64,000 nt of DNA from Bacilli bacterium (GTDB taxonomy: Bacteria; Bacillota_I; Bacilli_A; JAJDGJ01): positions 1,533 to 65,532 of the forward strand of contig JAISTP010000022.1 of NCBI GenBank assembly GCA_031272545.1, given 5' to 3'. Shown here piece after piece: positions 28,187-38,300 of this stretch. Below the pieces are notes generated by a model. The model saw nothing but the letters and a program-made list of their open reading frames with translations. It had not been told where the DNA came from and did no database searches. A program made the position numbers and the translations under genes. How positions within the stretch are numbered: the stretch's first letter is position 1; each line of letters begins with the position of its first letter.

Positions 28187-29506
28187 ATGGATAAAAATTA
28201 TGAAAAACTTTTAGATAAAACTTTATTATTTTCAAAAGAATATCTTAATTTATTAGAAAATAGAGAGATCTTTCCTTCTAAAGATAATCTATCATATTTA
28301 AAACAAATAGATACTAAACTACCAATAGAAACGCTTAATGAAATAGAAGTATTAAATGAAATTCATGAACTAGCAAAAAAGACAACTGTTATTCAAAATA
28401 GTGGTCGATATTTTGGTTATGTCATTGGAAGTATGTTACCGATAGCTCATGCGATTAGTTGGTTAAGTGATACTTATAATCAAAATAATGCACTTTATCA
28501 TATGTCTTTATTTAATGCGAAAATTGAAGAAATTACTCAAAAATGGTTAAATGAATTATTAAGACTTGATAAAAGATGTGTAACAGGTTTTGTTAGTGGC
28601 TCAACTACAGCTACTCTTTGTGCTATAAGTATTGCTAGAAATAATATTTATAAAAATAATGATATTAATAAATTAAGAATAATTATCAGTGAACAAGCTC
28701 ACTTAACGATATTTAAAGCATTAAAAATATTAGGAATTAATGAAAACATTATTATAAAAGTACCTTGTGATAAAGATGGTAAGATAATTGTATCTGAATT
28801 ACCTAAACTTACTTGTAATGATATTATCATTATTCAAGTTGGAAATTTAAATGGTGGTGCAAATGATGATATCAATGCGATATGTTCAATAGCCCAAAAA
28901 GTTAAAGCATGGGTTCATATTGATGGAGCTTTTGGTTTATGGAGTTGTATGTTAGATGAATATAAAAATGATTTTATTGGGCTTGAAAAAGCTGATTCAT
29001 ACTCATTAGATGCTCATAAAACATTAAATGCATGTTATAGTTGTGGCATGATAATATGTAAACATAAAGATATATTTATTGATACAATGAATTATAACTT
29101 ACAAAAAACTAATGATGATAAGAGAAATAATATGACTTATTCATTAGAAATGTCTAAAAGAAGTAGAGCTTTAATGGTATATGCGACTATTAAGCAATTA
29201 GGAAAAAATGGTATTATTAATATGTTAGAACAAATGTCAGAAATAACAAAATATTTTGCAAGTGAACTAAAGAAACATCACTTAACTATTGTTAATAAAG
29301 TTAATTTTAATCAATTTATGTTTTATTATGACAATGATACTAAAACAAAAATACTATTAAATAAAATAAATAGTAGTGGAAAATGTTATTTTTCAAGTAG
29401 CACTTTTAATAATCATTATGTAATAAGAGTTAGCGTTTGTTCATATAAAACAAATAAAAATGATATAGATTATTGTATTAATATTATTAAAGAATTATTA
29501 GTTTAA
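28187..29506 (+). CDS. Group II PLP-dependent decarboxylase-like protein
   Basis: SLDAHKTLN PLP-lysine motif, fold-type I layout. 439 aa. Confidence 0.65.
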   Translation: MDKNYEKLLDKTLLFSKEYLNLLENREIFPSKDNLSYLKQIDTKLPIETLNEIEVLNEIHELAKKTTVIQNSGRYFGYVIGSMLPIAHAISWLSDTYNQNNALYHMSLFNAKIEEITQKWLNELLRLDKRCVTGFVSGSTTATLCAISIARNNIYKNNDINKLRIIISEQAHLTIFKALKILGINENIIIKVPCDKDGKIIVSELPKLTCNDIIIIQVGNLNGGANDDINAICSIAQKVKAWVHIDGAFGLWSCMLDEYKNDFIGLEKADSYSLDAHKTLNACYSCGMIICKHKDIFIDTMNYNLQKTNDDKRNNMTYSLEMSKRSRALMVYATIKQLGKNGIINMLEQMSEITKYFASELKKHHLTIVNKVNFNQFMFYYDNDTKTKILLNKINSSGKCYFSSSTFNNHYVIRVSVCSYKTNKNDIDYCINIIKELLV

Positions 29507-29637
29507 TAAAAAAGTTTTTTAATGAAACTTTATTCTATTTATTTTAATATTTGCTAAAATCATTATGTTTAATTTCCACTATAATATCTTATTACTTATC
29601 TTTTCATAATTATTAAATAAGTAATTTTTTCAAAGTA

Positions 29638-29661
29638 AAAGCACCCCGTAAGGTGCTTTTG
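29638..29661. terminator. GC-rich bidirectional terminator hairpin
   Basis: AAAAGCACC-CCGTAA-GGTGCTTTT. Confidence 0.6.
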
Positions 29662-29788
29662 TGATAACACTATGTTTCTCTCGAAAGTTTGTTTTTAACA
29701 TATAGAATTTTTCTAAACAAACAAAATCCAAATTCCTGTTGTCAATATTATATTATAGTAATCGTAATGCTTATATAAATTTAAGATA

Positions 29789-29815
29789 ATAAAAACCACT
29801 AATAAATAGTGGTTA
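29789..29815 (-). terminator. Terminator of the tRNA-Asn/tRNA-Glu transcript
   Basis: Minus strand AACCACT-ATTTATT-AGTGGTT followed by T5. Confidence 0.55.
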
Positions 29816-29824
29816 AATTTAATA

Positions 29825-29901
29825 TGGTGACCTGTACGGGATTCGAACCCGTGTATGCATGCGTGAAAGGCATGTGTGTTAAACCGCTTCACCAACAGGC
29901 C
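29825..29901 (-). tRNA. tRNA-Glu (anticodon UUC), CCA encoded
   Basis: Folded by hand: acceptor GGCCTGT/ACAGGTC, anticodon stem CATGC/GCATG with loop CTTTCAC, T-arm ACGGG-TTCGAAT-CCCGT. Close to my memory of B. subtilis tRNA-Glu. Confidence 0.9.
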
Positions 29902-29907
29902 AATTAA

Positions 29908-29982
29908 TGGCGCCTGAGATAGGGCTCGAACCTATGACCGATCGGTTAACAGCCGATTGCTCTACCACTGAGCTACTCAGGC
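29908..29982 (-). tRNA. tRNA-Asn (anticodon GUU), CCA encoded
   Basis: Folded by hand: acceptor GCCTGAG/CTCAGGC, D-arm GCTC-AGTGGTA-GAGC, anticodon stem ATCGG/CCGAT with loop CTGTTAA, T-arm ATAGG-TTCGAGC-CCTAT. Confidence 0.9.
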
Positions 29983-29994
29983 GAGTACTTTGTT

Positions 29995-30023
29995 ATTATA
30001 CTAAAAAAACTTGTCTATTTCAA
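29995..30023 (-). promoter_or_regulatory. Promoter of the tRNA operon
   Basis: Minus strand TTGAAA, 17 nt, TATAAT, 12 nt before the tRNA-Asn 5' end. Confidence 0.65.
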
Positions 30024-30090
30024 TAGTTTTTCTTAACTTTATAGATTTTTTTTGCTGTGATATAATTAGTTTAAATAAGGAGGTACAATA

Positions 30091-30255
30091 ATGAATATTG
30101 CAAATGTCCTAAGAATAATTGCCGTTATTGAATTAACTATATTATTAATTATTGATTTAGCTTTTAATTTAAATAAAACATTAGTTTATATTGGAGTAGG
30201 TATTGGATTACTATTAATAATAATTGGTAATGTTTTATCGAAGATAAAAAAATAA
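30091..30255 (+). CDS. 54-aa two-TM small membrane protein
   Basis: My own translation gives MNIANVLRIIAVIELTILLIIDLAFNLNKTLVYIGVGIGLLLIIIGNVLSKIKK. SD TAAGGAGGT, extended -10 TGATATAAT at 30058-30066, and a terminator straight after the stop. Confidence 0.45.
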   Translation: MNIANVLRIIAVIELTILLIIDLAFNLNKTLVYIGVGIGLLLIIIGNVLSKIKK

Positions 30256-30277
30256 GGAGTGTAACACTCCTTTTTTT
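30253..30277. terminator. Bidirectional terminator between the small ORF and the NlpC/P60 gene
   Basis: AGGAGTG-TAA-CACTCCT with flanking A and T runs. Confidence 0.6.
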
Positions 30278-31286
30278 AGATCATTCTTTTTGCATAGCTA
30301 GGTTTAAAGTAATTAAATGTTTTAATATTAACACCTTTACCATAATCTTCTGCATGAATATATTTACCATTTCCTAAATAAATACCAACATGATAAGGTG
30401 ATTTTTTAGCACCCCAGAATACTAAATCACCAGGTTGTAATTTCTTTAAAGAAACATAAGATCCTTTTTTTGTTTGATTATATGTTGCGCGCCCAATATT
30501 CTTATTTAATACTTTCTTATAAACATAGCTAGTTAATCCACTACAATCAAATCCTTTAGGACTTGTCCCACCTGAGCGGTATTTACTTCCTTTTAATTTT
30601 TTAGCATAGTTTACTAAAGCAGCTTGTTTAGCAGCTTTTGTTTTATAAACAGTTTTAGTTAATTTACCTTTTGAATTATAGTAATTAATATAAGCTAAAC
30701 GTTTACTATGATTACTATATTTTGTTTTTGAGGAATAGTAATATATGGCAACTGTTTTTTTGTTTATTATTTTCTTAACATATTTAATAGATTTATTTTT
30801 ATAATAGTAAAAGTTAAGTTGATAACTTATTCTTTTACTATGATTACCATATCTTGTTCCACTTTTATAATAATATTCATTAAGTACTAAACCTTTTTGA
30901 ATTTTCTTAGCTAACTTAAGAGTATTATTTTTATTATAATAGAAATCAAAATAATAACTTATTCTTTTACTATGACTTCCAAATTTAGTTCCTTTTTTAT
31001 AATAATATTGTGATACTACTTTATTACCTTTAACTTTAGTAGCATATTTAATTGTATTATTACTATTGTAATAGAACTTGTAAGTATATAATACTTTATC
31101 ATCTTTGGTAGAAGATGTGTTTTTGTTATCGACATACTTTTGTTCAATAACTCTATTTTTACTATCATAAGAATTAGTAACTATTGTTTTAGCACTTATC
31201 TCGACATTGTTTAAAGCAATACTTATGCTGAATACAAATACTAAGCATAGTATTATTTTTCTTAAAAATTGTTTGTTTTTAAGCAT
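30276..31286 (-). CDS. Secreted NlpC/P60 cell-wall hydrolase with N-terminal Tyr-rich repeats
   Basis: Signal peptide, and a C-terminal NlpC/P60 domain (GFDCSGLTSYVY catalytic Cys, PGDLVFW, YHVGIY). Confidence 0.85.
   Translation of the reverse strand: MLKNKQFLRKIILCLVFVFSISIALNNVEISAKTIVTNSYDSKNRVIEQKYVDNKNTSSTKDDKVLYTYKFYYNSNNTIKYATKVKGNKVVSQYYYKKGTKFGSHSKRISYYFDFYYNKNNTLKLAKKIQKGLVLNEYYYKSGTRYGNHSKRISYQLNFYYYKNKSIKYVKKIINKKTVAIYYYSSKTKYSNHSKRLAYINYYNSKGKLTKTVYKTKAAKQAALVNYAKKLKGSKYRSGGTSPKGFDCSGLTSYVYKKVLNKNIGRATYNQTKKGSYVSLKKLQPGDLVFWGAKKSPYHVGIYLGNGKYIHAEDYGKGVNIKTFNYFKPSYAKRMI
30645..31091 (-). repeat. About 44-aa (132-nt) in-frame repeats inside the NlpC/P60 gene
   Basis: The unit YYYK.GT+(F/Y)G.HSKRISY...FYY.KN..+K...K+I.....V recurs 2 full and 2 partial times (about aa 66-214). 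Confidence 0.7.
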
Positions 31287-31438
31287 TTAATCATCCTAAC
31301 TTATTTTATTTATTGTGTCTTAATATTCATTAGACTTTTATTTATTTTGGGTTAGTATTTTTAATACCATTATCTAGTATACATTATTTTTTAACGTTAA
31401 TATGTCTATTTTGTGCAAGATTTTTTCACTAATGTAAA

Positions 31439-33052
31439 TTAAAATTTAATAATTTCAACGATTTTTTGATAGTCTTCTTTACTAATAAATCGCTTTAAAA
31501 TAGGCAATATTTTAAAGTTAACGACGTCTTTATATTCGTTGATATTAACACCACGATCGTTCTTTAAAAATAAACCATGATTAATTGATAAATCATATTT
31601 TTCTAACATTTTATTTACTTCAATATAAACACCTGCAATCTTTTTACCAAGAAATTCATCAGTAAACATCTTAATAAATTTTTCATTATATAAAGCAAAT
31701 AATTCAAATACTAATAAATTACTTAATTCTAAATTATTACTATACATACGATCATCTCTACTAGTTAATATTACATAAATATTTTTAGGAATAAAGTATT
31801 TTTCATCACTAAAAATAACATCTAAAGCAGATTCTACATTACGATTATTATCTTCTATTAAGTGCGATAATTCTCCTAAAGTATTACTAATATCTACTTG
31901 ATGACAATCTTCAATTATTATTACATAATTATCAATGGTATTTTTTCGAGCCATCTCAATAAAACGATATAATTTTCTAGTATTTGGATTTACTAATAAA
32001 TCCTCATATTTTAAAGATGGATGCATTTGTAAATGAAAAATATGATCTAAATCACGGCTATTATTAATTAGAAAAGCTAAACGATGGGCAAAATATGATT
32101 TTCCACATCCCCAAGGTCCAATCAATAATAAAGTACGTTTATTTAAAATTAAATCTAAAGCTTTTTGGTACCATTTACTAGGATAGACACTATTTAAACT
32201 AGCTAATTTTAAAGAATAACCATCACTACTAAAATGATAATAATCTACTATTTTATTATTAACTAATGCTTGTTCTAATTTAGGATTAATTAATAAAGAT
32301 ATAAAACCATCACGAATTATTCCATTAAATACATTTCCTAAATATGTACCATTATAATCAACACTTAAATCAAAATAATTACATACTTTTCTTGAAAATG
32401 ACTCTAATACATCTTTTGGTTCATAATCTTCAGTTAATTTATTTAATTCATAAAGAGATAAACCCATTTCCTTACTATTATAAATAAGATTTAAAATCTC
32501 TACTTCATAAGGAGTAAGTAGTACTTCATTTAAGAAATTTTGATATTCTAAAGTACTTACTTTTGATACATGATTAATTAATAAACCATTATCTTCATCA
32601 ATAAGATTTTCATTAATAATAGCCTCGATCTTATCAATATTCTCTTCTCTTTCTATCTCTCTAATCTTAATTCTAAAATTACCATCTTCTAAGTCAATAG
32701 TTTCTTTACTAACCCATTGAATTTTACGAGTATGTGGTAATGTTTTGTTTCTATTATAGCGATAATTTGAATTAACAATACCAATAGCTTTAACTGATTT
32801 AATATCACTTAAACAAACAACATCACCAATTTCAATTTCAAAAAGAAAACGATTAAAAATTTCTTTTAATTCTTTACTTCTAATATTATTCTTTTCTAAT
32901 ACTTTAGTAAGTTCTTCACTAGGTTCATCACTATTATATAAGGTACTTAAATCAATTTTAAGTTCCTCTAATCCAATGATATTATTATCAATCATCGTAC
33001 GATAATCATTATCATAATTAAATAATAAATATTTTCTAATATGCTTTTTCAT
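31439..33052 (-). CDS. McrB-like AAA+ (AAA_5) protein with a degenerate Walker B, no McrC partner
   Basis: Walker A LLLIGPWGCGKS. IIIEDCHQVDISNTLGELSHLIE resembles McrB DE.NR......GEL..LIE. IPKNIYVILTSRDDR resembles IP.N..IIGTMNTADRS. SD TAGGAGG lies 14 nt after the rseP stop. Confidence 0.5.
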   Translation of the reverse strand: MKKHIRKYLLFNYDNDYRTMIDNNIIGLEELKIDLSTLYNSDEPSEELTKVLEKNNIRSKELKEIFNRFLFEIEIGDVVCLSDIKSVKAIGIVNSNYRYNRNKTLPHTRKIQWVSKETIDLEDGNFRIKIREIEREENIDKIEAIINENLIDEDNGLLINHVSKVSTLEYQNFLNEVLLTPYEVEILNLIYNSKEMGLSLYELNKLTEDYEPKDVLESFSRKVCNYFDLSVDYNGTYLGNVFNGIIRDGFISLLINPKLEQALVNNKIVDYYHFSSDGYSLKLASLNSVYPSKWYQKALDLILNKRTLLLIGPWGCGKSYFAHRLAFLINNSRDLDHIFHLQMHPSLKYEDLLVNPNTRKLYRFIEMARKNTIDNYVIIIEDCHQVDISNTLGELSHLIEDNNRNVESALDVIFSDEKYFIPKNIYVILTSRDDRMYSNNLELSNLLVFELFALYNEKFIKMFTDEFLGKKIAGVYIEVNKMLEKYDLSINHGLFLKNDRGVNINEYKDVVNFKILPILKRFISKEDYQKIVEIIKF

Positions 33053-33066
33053 TGTAAGCCTCCTAT

Positions 33067-34122
33067 CTATCTAAATAATTTAGTTATATCATTAAAAGTA
33101 ACAATAATTATTAAACCAAATAATAGAATAAAACTTCCACCAATAATAGCTGATTCTACTTTTGGATTTAATCTTCTTCTAAAAATACTTTCAATAAGTA
33201 TTATTAAAATTCTTCCTCCATCAAGAGCTGGTATTGGTAATAAATTGAAAATAGCTAAATTGATACTTAATAATCCAGTAAATTTAACTAATCCGACAAA
33301 ACCAGAACTTTGACTAATTTGACTAGTTAATGAAACCATCCCCACCGGACCAGAAACATCATCTAATTTAGCTTGACCAGTTAATAACATTTGTAATGAT
33401 AAAAAGACATCTTTACAAACGCCAATACTTAAATCAATACCATTTTTGAAAGCATAAAAAATATTATGATCGGCATATAAAATACTAGGTTGAAAACCAG
33501 CAATATAACGATTTGTTTCTTTATCAAAGTAAGGAGTAATATTTAAAGTAATATTCTTATTGTCTCTAATTACATTCATTTGATAAGATTTACCTTCTTT
33601 ATTCTTCATGCTAAATAATTGTAATTCAGTATAAGAATTAATCTTATCAACTTTACCATCTAAGACAATACTTTTAACATAATCATTTTTTTTAAGCCCA
33701 GCTTTTTGAGCTGGTGAATTGGCAATAACTTCACCTATTATCGGTTTAGGATTAATATTATCAGTACTAAAAGCCAATCCTACAAAAAGTAATAAACCTA
33801 AGATAATGTTCATTAAGCTACCACCAAACATAATCCAAAATTGTTTAAAGCGGTTAACTCCTTTTACTGTTCTTTCAAAAGGAATATTAGCATATTTTTC
33901 ATCTATTTCTCCTTCTTCACCAACCATAGCCGCATAACCACCTAAAGGTAAAATTCTAATTGAAAATTCAGTCTCCTTACCTTTTTTAGAAAATATTTTA
34001 GGTCCAAAACCTAAAGCAAATTCAGTTACATAAACATTGAATAATTTCGCAAACATAAAATGTCCTAATTCATGAACTGTTATTAAAATTAATAAGATTA
34101 CTAAAAATAAAATAATACTCAT
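33067..34122 (-). CDS. rseP: RIP site-2 metalloprotease RseP/RasP (M50)
   Basis: HELGHF zinc motif, an internal PDZ-like segment, and NLLPIPALDGG. Confidence 0.9.
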   Translation of the reverse strand: MSIILFLVILLILITVHELGHFMFAKLFNVYVTEFALGFGPKIFSKKGKETEFSIRILPLGGYAAMVGEEGEIDEKYANIPFERTVKGVNRFKQFWIMFGGSLMNIILGLLLFVGLAFSTDNINPKPIIGEVIANSPAQKAGLKKNDYVKSIVLDGKVDKINSYTELQLFSMKNKEGKSYQMNVIRDNKNITLNITPYFDKETNRYIAGFQPSILYADHNIFYAFKNGIDLSIGVCKDVFLSLQMLLTGQAKLDDVSGPVGMVSLTSQISQSSGFVGLVKFTGLLSINLAIFNLLPIPALDGGRILIILIESIFRRRLNPKVESAIIGGSFILLFGLIIIVTFNDITKLFR

Positions 34123-35282
34123 TAAAAATCTCCTTTCATAATTAATTCTTCAATAAATACTCTTGTCTTTTGATCAGTTTTAAAAAGATCATCTAAAGTA
34201 GGATTAGTAATAACTTGATGTTTTTCTAAAGCTATTTTAACTAATTTAGTAATATCTAAAAACTTAATTTTATTATTTAAAAAAGCATTAGTCGCAACTT
34301 CTTTACTAGCATTTAGAACACATGGATAAGTATGTCCTTTTTTACCAGCATTGATGGCTAGAGCTAAACCTTCAAATCTTACTAGATCTATTGGTTTAAA
34401 AGTAAGATTTAACATTTTAGAAAAATCAATACTTGATTGCGTATATTTGATTCTATTAGGATAACCTAAACAATAGTTAATAGGTTGTTTCATATTAGGT
34501 AATGATAGTTGAGCTAAAATACTACTATCTTTAAATTCTACCATACTATGAACAATGCTCTCATAATGAAGAACTACATCAATACTTTCATAAGGTACAT
34601 TAAAAAGATGATGTGCTTCTATTACTTCTAAACCTTTATTTAACATTGTAGCACTATCAACAGTAATACTAGCTCCCATACTCCAATTAGGATGATTTAA
34701 AGCATCATCAATACTAACATTACTTAATTCAGCTAAAGTTTTATCTCTAAAAGCACCACCACTAGCAGTAATAATAAGTTTATTTAATTCATCTTTATTA
34801 GTTTTATCAAGGCATTGGTAAATAGCACAATGTTCACTATCAACTGGTAATATTTTAGATTTAGGATGTTCTAATAATAATTTATTAATATACTCACCAG
34901 CTACAACCATCGTCTCTTTATTTGCTAGGGCTAATATTTTATCTTTTTCAATTGCTTTTATTGAACTTTTAAGTCCAGCAAACCCAACTATAGCATTCAA
35001 AACAATATCATAATCATGATAATCTAATAATTTTAAAATACCTTCTTCATGATAATGAAAAGAAATATTGGGATATTTCTTTTCTAATATATCTTTACTT
35101 TTTTCATCTAATAAAGCTACTTCTTTAATCGATGAAAAAACATCTAATATTTCTATTAATTTACTTATGTTATAACCAACACTAATACAAACTAATTCAT
35201 ATAAATCTTTATTTTCCTTTATTATTTCTATTGTTTGTCTACCAATTGAACCAGAAGCACCTAATAAAATAACTTTTTTCAT
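34122..35282 (-). CDS. dxr: 1-deoxy-D-xylulose 5-phosphate reductoisomerase
   Basis: LGASGSIG NADPH motif; Dxr blocks (DSEH.AI.QC, NKGLE.IEA). Confidence 0.95.
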   Translation of the reverse strand: MKKVILLGASGSIGRQTIEIIKENKDLYELVCISVGYNISKLIEILDVFSSIKEVALLDEKSKDILEKKYPNISFHYHEEGILKLLDYHDYDIVLNAIVGFAGLKSSIKAIEKDKILALANKETMVVAGEYINKLLLEHPKSKILPVDSEHCAIYQCLDKTNKDELNKLIITASGGAFRDKTLAELSNVSIDDALNHPNWSMGASITVDSATMLNKGLEVIEAHHLFNVPYESIDVVLHYESIVHSMVEFKDSSILAQLSLPNMKQPINYCLGYPNRIKYTQSSIDFSKMLNLTFKPIDLVRFEGLALAINAGKKGHTYPCVLNASKEVATNAFLNNKIKFLDITKLVKIALEKHQVITNPTLDDLFKTDQKTRVFIEELIMKGDF

Positions 35283-36106
35283 AGAACTACTCCATTAAAT
35301 AATTTAAAAATACTTAAAATACTAATAAATAAATAAAAAACAATAAAGTTGGTTAAATGTGAATCAATACGATCTAATATTCCTCCATGGCCTGGTAAGA
35401 AATTACTAAAATCTTTAATGCCATTAGCTCTTTTAATTGATGAGAAAAATAAATCACCAATAACAGCACCAATACCAAGTAATAAAGAAGCAATAACAAA
35501 AATTAAAGTATTTTCAGGTAAATAAATATCTACTAATAAACAATATAAAGTTCCTACAATAACAGCACAAATTAAACCACCAATTAACCCTTCAACACTC
35601 TTTTTTGGTGATAAACGAGGGGCAAGTTTATGTTTACCCATAGCACTACCAACAAAGAAAGCGCCAGTATCACAAGCTACGGTAACAATAATAATATACA
35701 TAATAGTTTGAAAACCTACACTATTACTACGTTCATACATCGCACAATTTGCGGAAAGAATAATGAAAATACTAACAAAACCTAAATAACTTATATCTTC
35801 AAATTCCATACTATGATCAAAAATAATTAATAATAAATAAATACAAAAAATTATTGATAACATGAAAGGCAAACTTAATTGCAGAGTACTATAAAAATAA
35901 GCAAATAGTAAAGTAGTAATATTTACAAGATAAATTAATCCTTGAGAAATAATACTAAATTTTTTATTTTTTCTTGCTTGTAACATTTCATGAGTACCAA
36001 TTAATATTAAAGCACAAGCTAATATTAAAAAAGCTAATTTACTAAACCAAATTAAAGGTATTAAAACAGCTAAAATAATAATAGCAGTTATAACTCTACT
36101 TTTCAT
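35279..36106 (-). CDS. cdsA: Phosphatidate cytidylyltransferase
   Basis: Signature SSIKRANGIKDFSNFLPGHGGILDRIDS; multi-TM. Confidence 0.9.
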   Translation of the reverse strand: MKSRVITAIIILAVLIPLIWFSKLAFLILACALILIGTHEMLQARKNKKFSIISQGLIYLVNITTLLFAYFYSTLQLSLPFMLSIIFCIYLLLIIFDHSMEFEDISYLGFVSIFIILSANCAMYERSNSVGFQTIMYIIIVTVACDTGAFFVGSAMGKHKLAPRLSPKKSVEGLIGGLICAVIVGTLYCLLVDIYLPENTLIFVIASLLLGIGAVIGDLFFSSIKRANGIKDFSNFLPGHGGILDRIDSHLTNFIVFYLFISILSIFKLFNGVVL

Positions 36107-36806
36107 TTTTTATCCCCCCAAAACGACGATCTCTTTGATAATAATTAGCAATTGCTTTATCTAATTCTTCTTCATTAAAATCAGGCCACATAACATTAGT
36201 AAAATATATTTCACTATAAGCTATTTGCCATAACAGAAAATTAGATATTCTTTGTTCTCCACTTGTTCTAATTAATAAATCAACAGGAGTACTATCCATT
36301 AAATATTCTTCAAAAGTTTCTTTCGTAATATCTTCAATATTTAACTTGTCTTCTTTAACTAAAGAAGCAATATTTCTTGTCGCATTAATAATTTCTTGAT
36401 ATGAGCCATAATTTAAAGCAAAGCATAAGACCATTCCTGTATTATTTTTTGTTTTTTCAATACAATCATTAATCGCTTTTTTAGCATTACTACTAACTTG
36501 TGAAATATCTCCAATACATTCAATTTTAATTTGATATTTCATTAAATCACTTAAATACATATCTAAGAATAAACGAGGTAATTTAAAAATATAATCAATT
36601 TCACTAGTTGGTCTTTTCCAATTTTCAGTTGAAAAGGCATAAACACTCATTCTTTTAATCCCTTTTAAGCTAGCCGCAATAGCAATTTCTTTTACCCTTT
36701 TTCCGCCTTCATAATGACCTTTAAAACGAGGTAAATTTCTAGCTTGCGCCCAACGACCATTACCATCTAATATAATAGCTAAATGATTAAGTTTTTTCTT
36801 TTCCAT
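36096..36806 (-). CDS. uppS: Isoprenyl transferase (undecaprenyl diphosphate synthase)
   Basis: HLAIILDGNGRWA motif and RTSGEQRISNFLLWQ. Confidence 0.95.
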   Translation of the reverse strand: MEKKKLNHLAIILDGNGRWAQARNLPRFKGHYEGGKRVKEIAIAASLKGIKRMSVYAFSTENWKRPTSEIDYIFKLPRLFLDMYLSDLMKYQIKIECIGDISQVSSNAKKAINDCIEKTKNNTGMVLCFALNYGSYQEIINATRNIASLVKEDKLNIEDITKETFEEYLMDSTPVDLLIRTSGEQRISNFLLWQIAYSEIYFTNVMWPDFNEEELDKAIANYYQRDRRFGGIKNEK

Positions 36807-36888
36807 TAATTAAATCACCTACCTAAAATTATACCATATTAATTATTATTAAAATTTTAATTAATATATTAAGACACATTTAAGAATA

Positions 36889-38226
36889 TTATTCAATAGT
36901 TAAATTTACTAACCATCTTTTTTTATGATAACGTCGATATGCAATATATAACTTTACAAAATCGATAAATTGCATTGAAAAGAAAAATAAGGGCATGTAA
37001 AGATGGAATCTACTTAAAAATAAAGCAATAGGAAGTGCAATGATCCAAGTATATAAACTATCCATTATTAAAGCACCTTTAGTATCACCACCTGCTCTTA
37101 AAGAGTAGAACAAGCAACCATTAAGATAATATAACCAGCTAAAACAAGTATAAACTAAAATACATAATCGAGCTTTAGTAATTGTTTCAATTGAAACATT
37201 GTATATTTGCGTAATAAATAAAGAAAGAATTAACATAAATATTCCTAAAGCTAAACCAAGAAAAGAACCAAGTTTAATTAAAATCTTACTATCACTTAAA
37301 GCATGTTCAAACTTTGATTTTCCTAAACTATCACCAACGATAATCGCAATAGCAGTAGCCATACCACCCATACCAATAAAAACAAAATTACCGATAACAC
37401 TCGCAATAGACATTGCCGCAATATTATTACTCTCTCTAAAAGTATAGATAATATTTAAAGTTTGAATACCAAAAGACCATAAAAACTCATTGCTTAATAA
37501 AGGTATACCTTTCTTAACGACATCTTCTAATAATTTTGTACTAAAACTAAATATCTTAAAAAGATTAATCATTATTGGCGTCTTTAATTTAATCATTATT
37601 ATAACAATAACTATTAATTCAATTATTCTTGCGTTTAAAGTAGATATTCCAGCCCCTAATATTTCTAAACGAGGAAAACCAAAATTTCCATAGATTAAAC
37701 AATAATTACCAATAATATTTAAGATTGTAGCTACTATTGAAGTATACATTGCTATTTTTACATATCCATAAAATCTTAATGATGCACCAATTGCTAGCGT
37801 AAAAGGATAAAATAAAAAAGTAAATTTTAATATTGAGGCAAACTTTATTGCGGCTTCTATTGTAACTAAATCTTTTGTAAAAATACCAAATATTTGATAA
37901 GGGAAAAATGTTATCAGTAAAAAAAACAATATTCCAAAAATAGTAGCGAATACTAAAACAATACGAAATACTTCACTTATTTTCTCTTTATTATGCGCTC
38001 CTTTATATTGAGTAATAAAAATACCACCAGTAGCACACATTCCTAAAATTAAAACAGTAAAAACAAAATATAATTGGTTCATGATACTTACTCCAGCAAT
38101 AGCTGTTTCATTTAAACGGCCAACCATAATATTGTCTACCATTTGTGAGATATTTATAACAAATTGTTGTGCAATATTAGGCAATGCTATTAACAAAGCC
38201 ATCTTAATAAATTCTTTATTTTTCAT
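36889..38226 (-). CDS. MATE family efflux transporter
   Basis: 12-TM protein with a MATE N-terminus (ALPNIAQQFV...) and a two-fold repeat. Confidence 0.8.
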   Translation of the reverse strand: MKNKEFIKMALLIALPNIAQQFVINISQMVDNIMVGRLNETAIAGVSIMNQLYFVFTVLILGMCATGGIFITQYKGAHNKEKISEVFRIVLVFATIFGILFFLLITFFPYQIFGIFTKDLVTIEAAIKFASILKFTFLFYPFTLAIGASLRFYGYVKIAMYTSIVATILNIIGNYCLIYGNFGFPRLEILGAGISTLNARIIELIVIVIIMIKLKTPIMINLFKIFSFSTKLLEDVVKKGIPLLSNEFLWSFGIQTLNIIYTFRESNNIAAMSIASVIGNFVFIGMGGMATAIAIIVGDSLGKSKFEHALSDSKILIKLGSFLGLALGIFMLILSLFITQIYNVSIETITKARLCILVYTCFSWLYYLNGCLFYSLRAGGDTKGALIMDSLYTWIIALPIALFLSRFHLYMPLFFFSMQFIDFVKLYIAYRRYHKKRWLVNLTIE

Positions 38227-38300
38227 ATCTAATAGTATAACATTTTAAACAAACAATTTATATAAGATGAATATAATATCTGTTATAAAAAAAGAAGTAT

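Noticed and set aside
29713-29895. 60-aa ORF from the ORF track.
   Set aside because: It overlaps the tRNA-Glu gene and its terminator. The apparent coding potential is an artefact of the tRNA sequence.
29507-33052. Possible tRNA-associated genomic island (tRNA-Asn/Glu followed by NlpC/P60 and the McrB-like gene).
   Set aside because: I found no integrase and no duplicated tRNA 3' end or att-like repeat. The McrB-like gene is translationally linked to rseP, which argues for core-operon membership.
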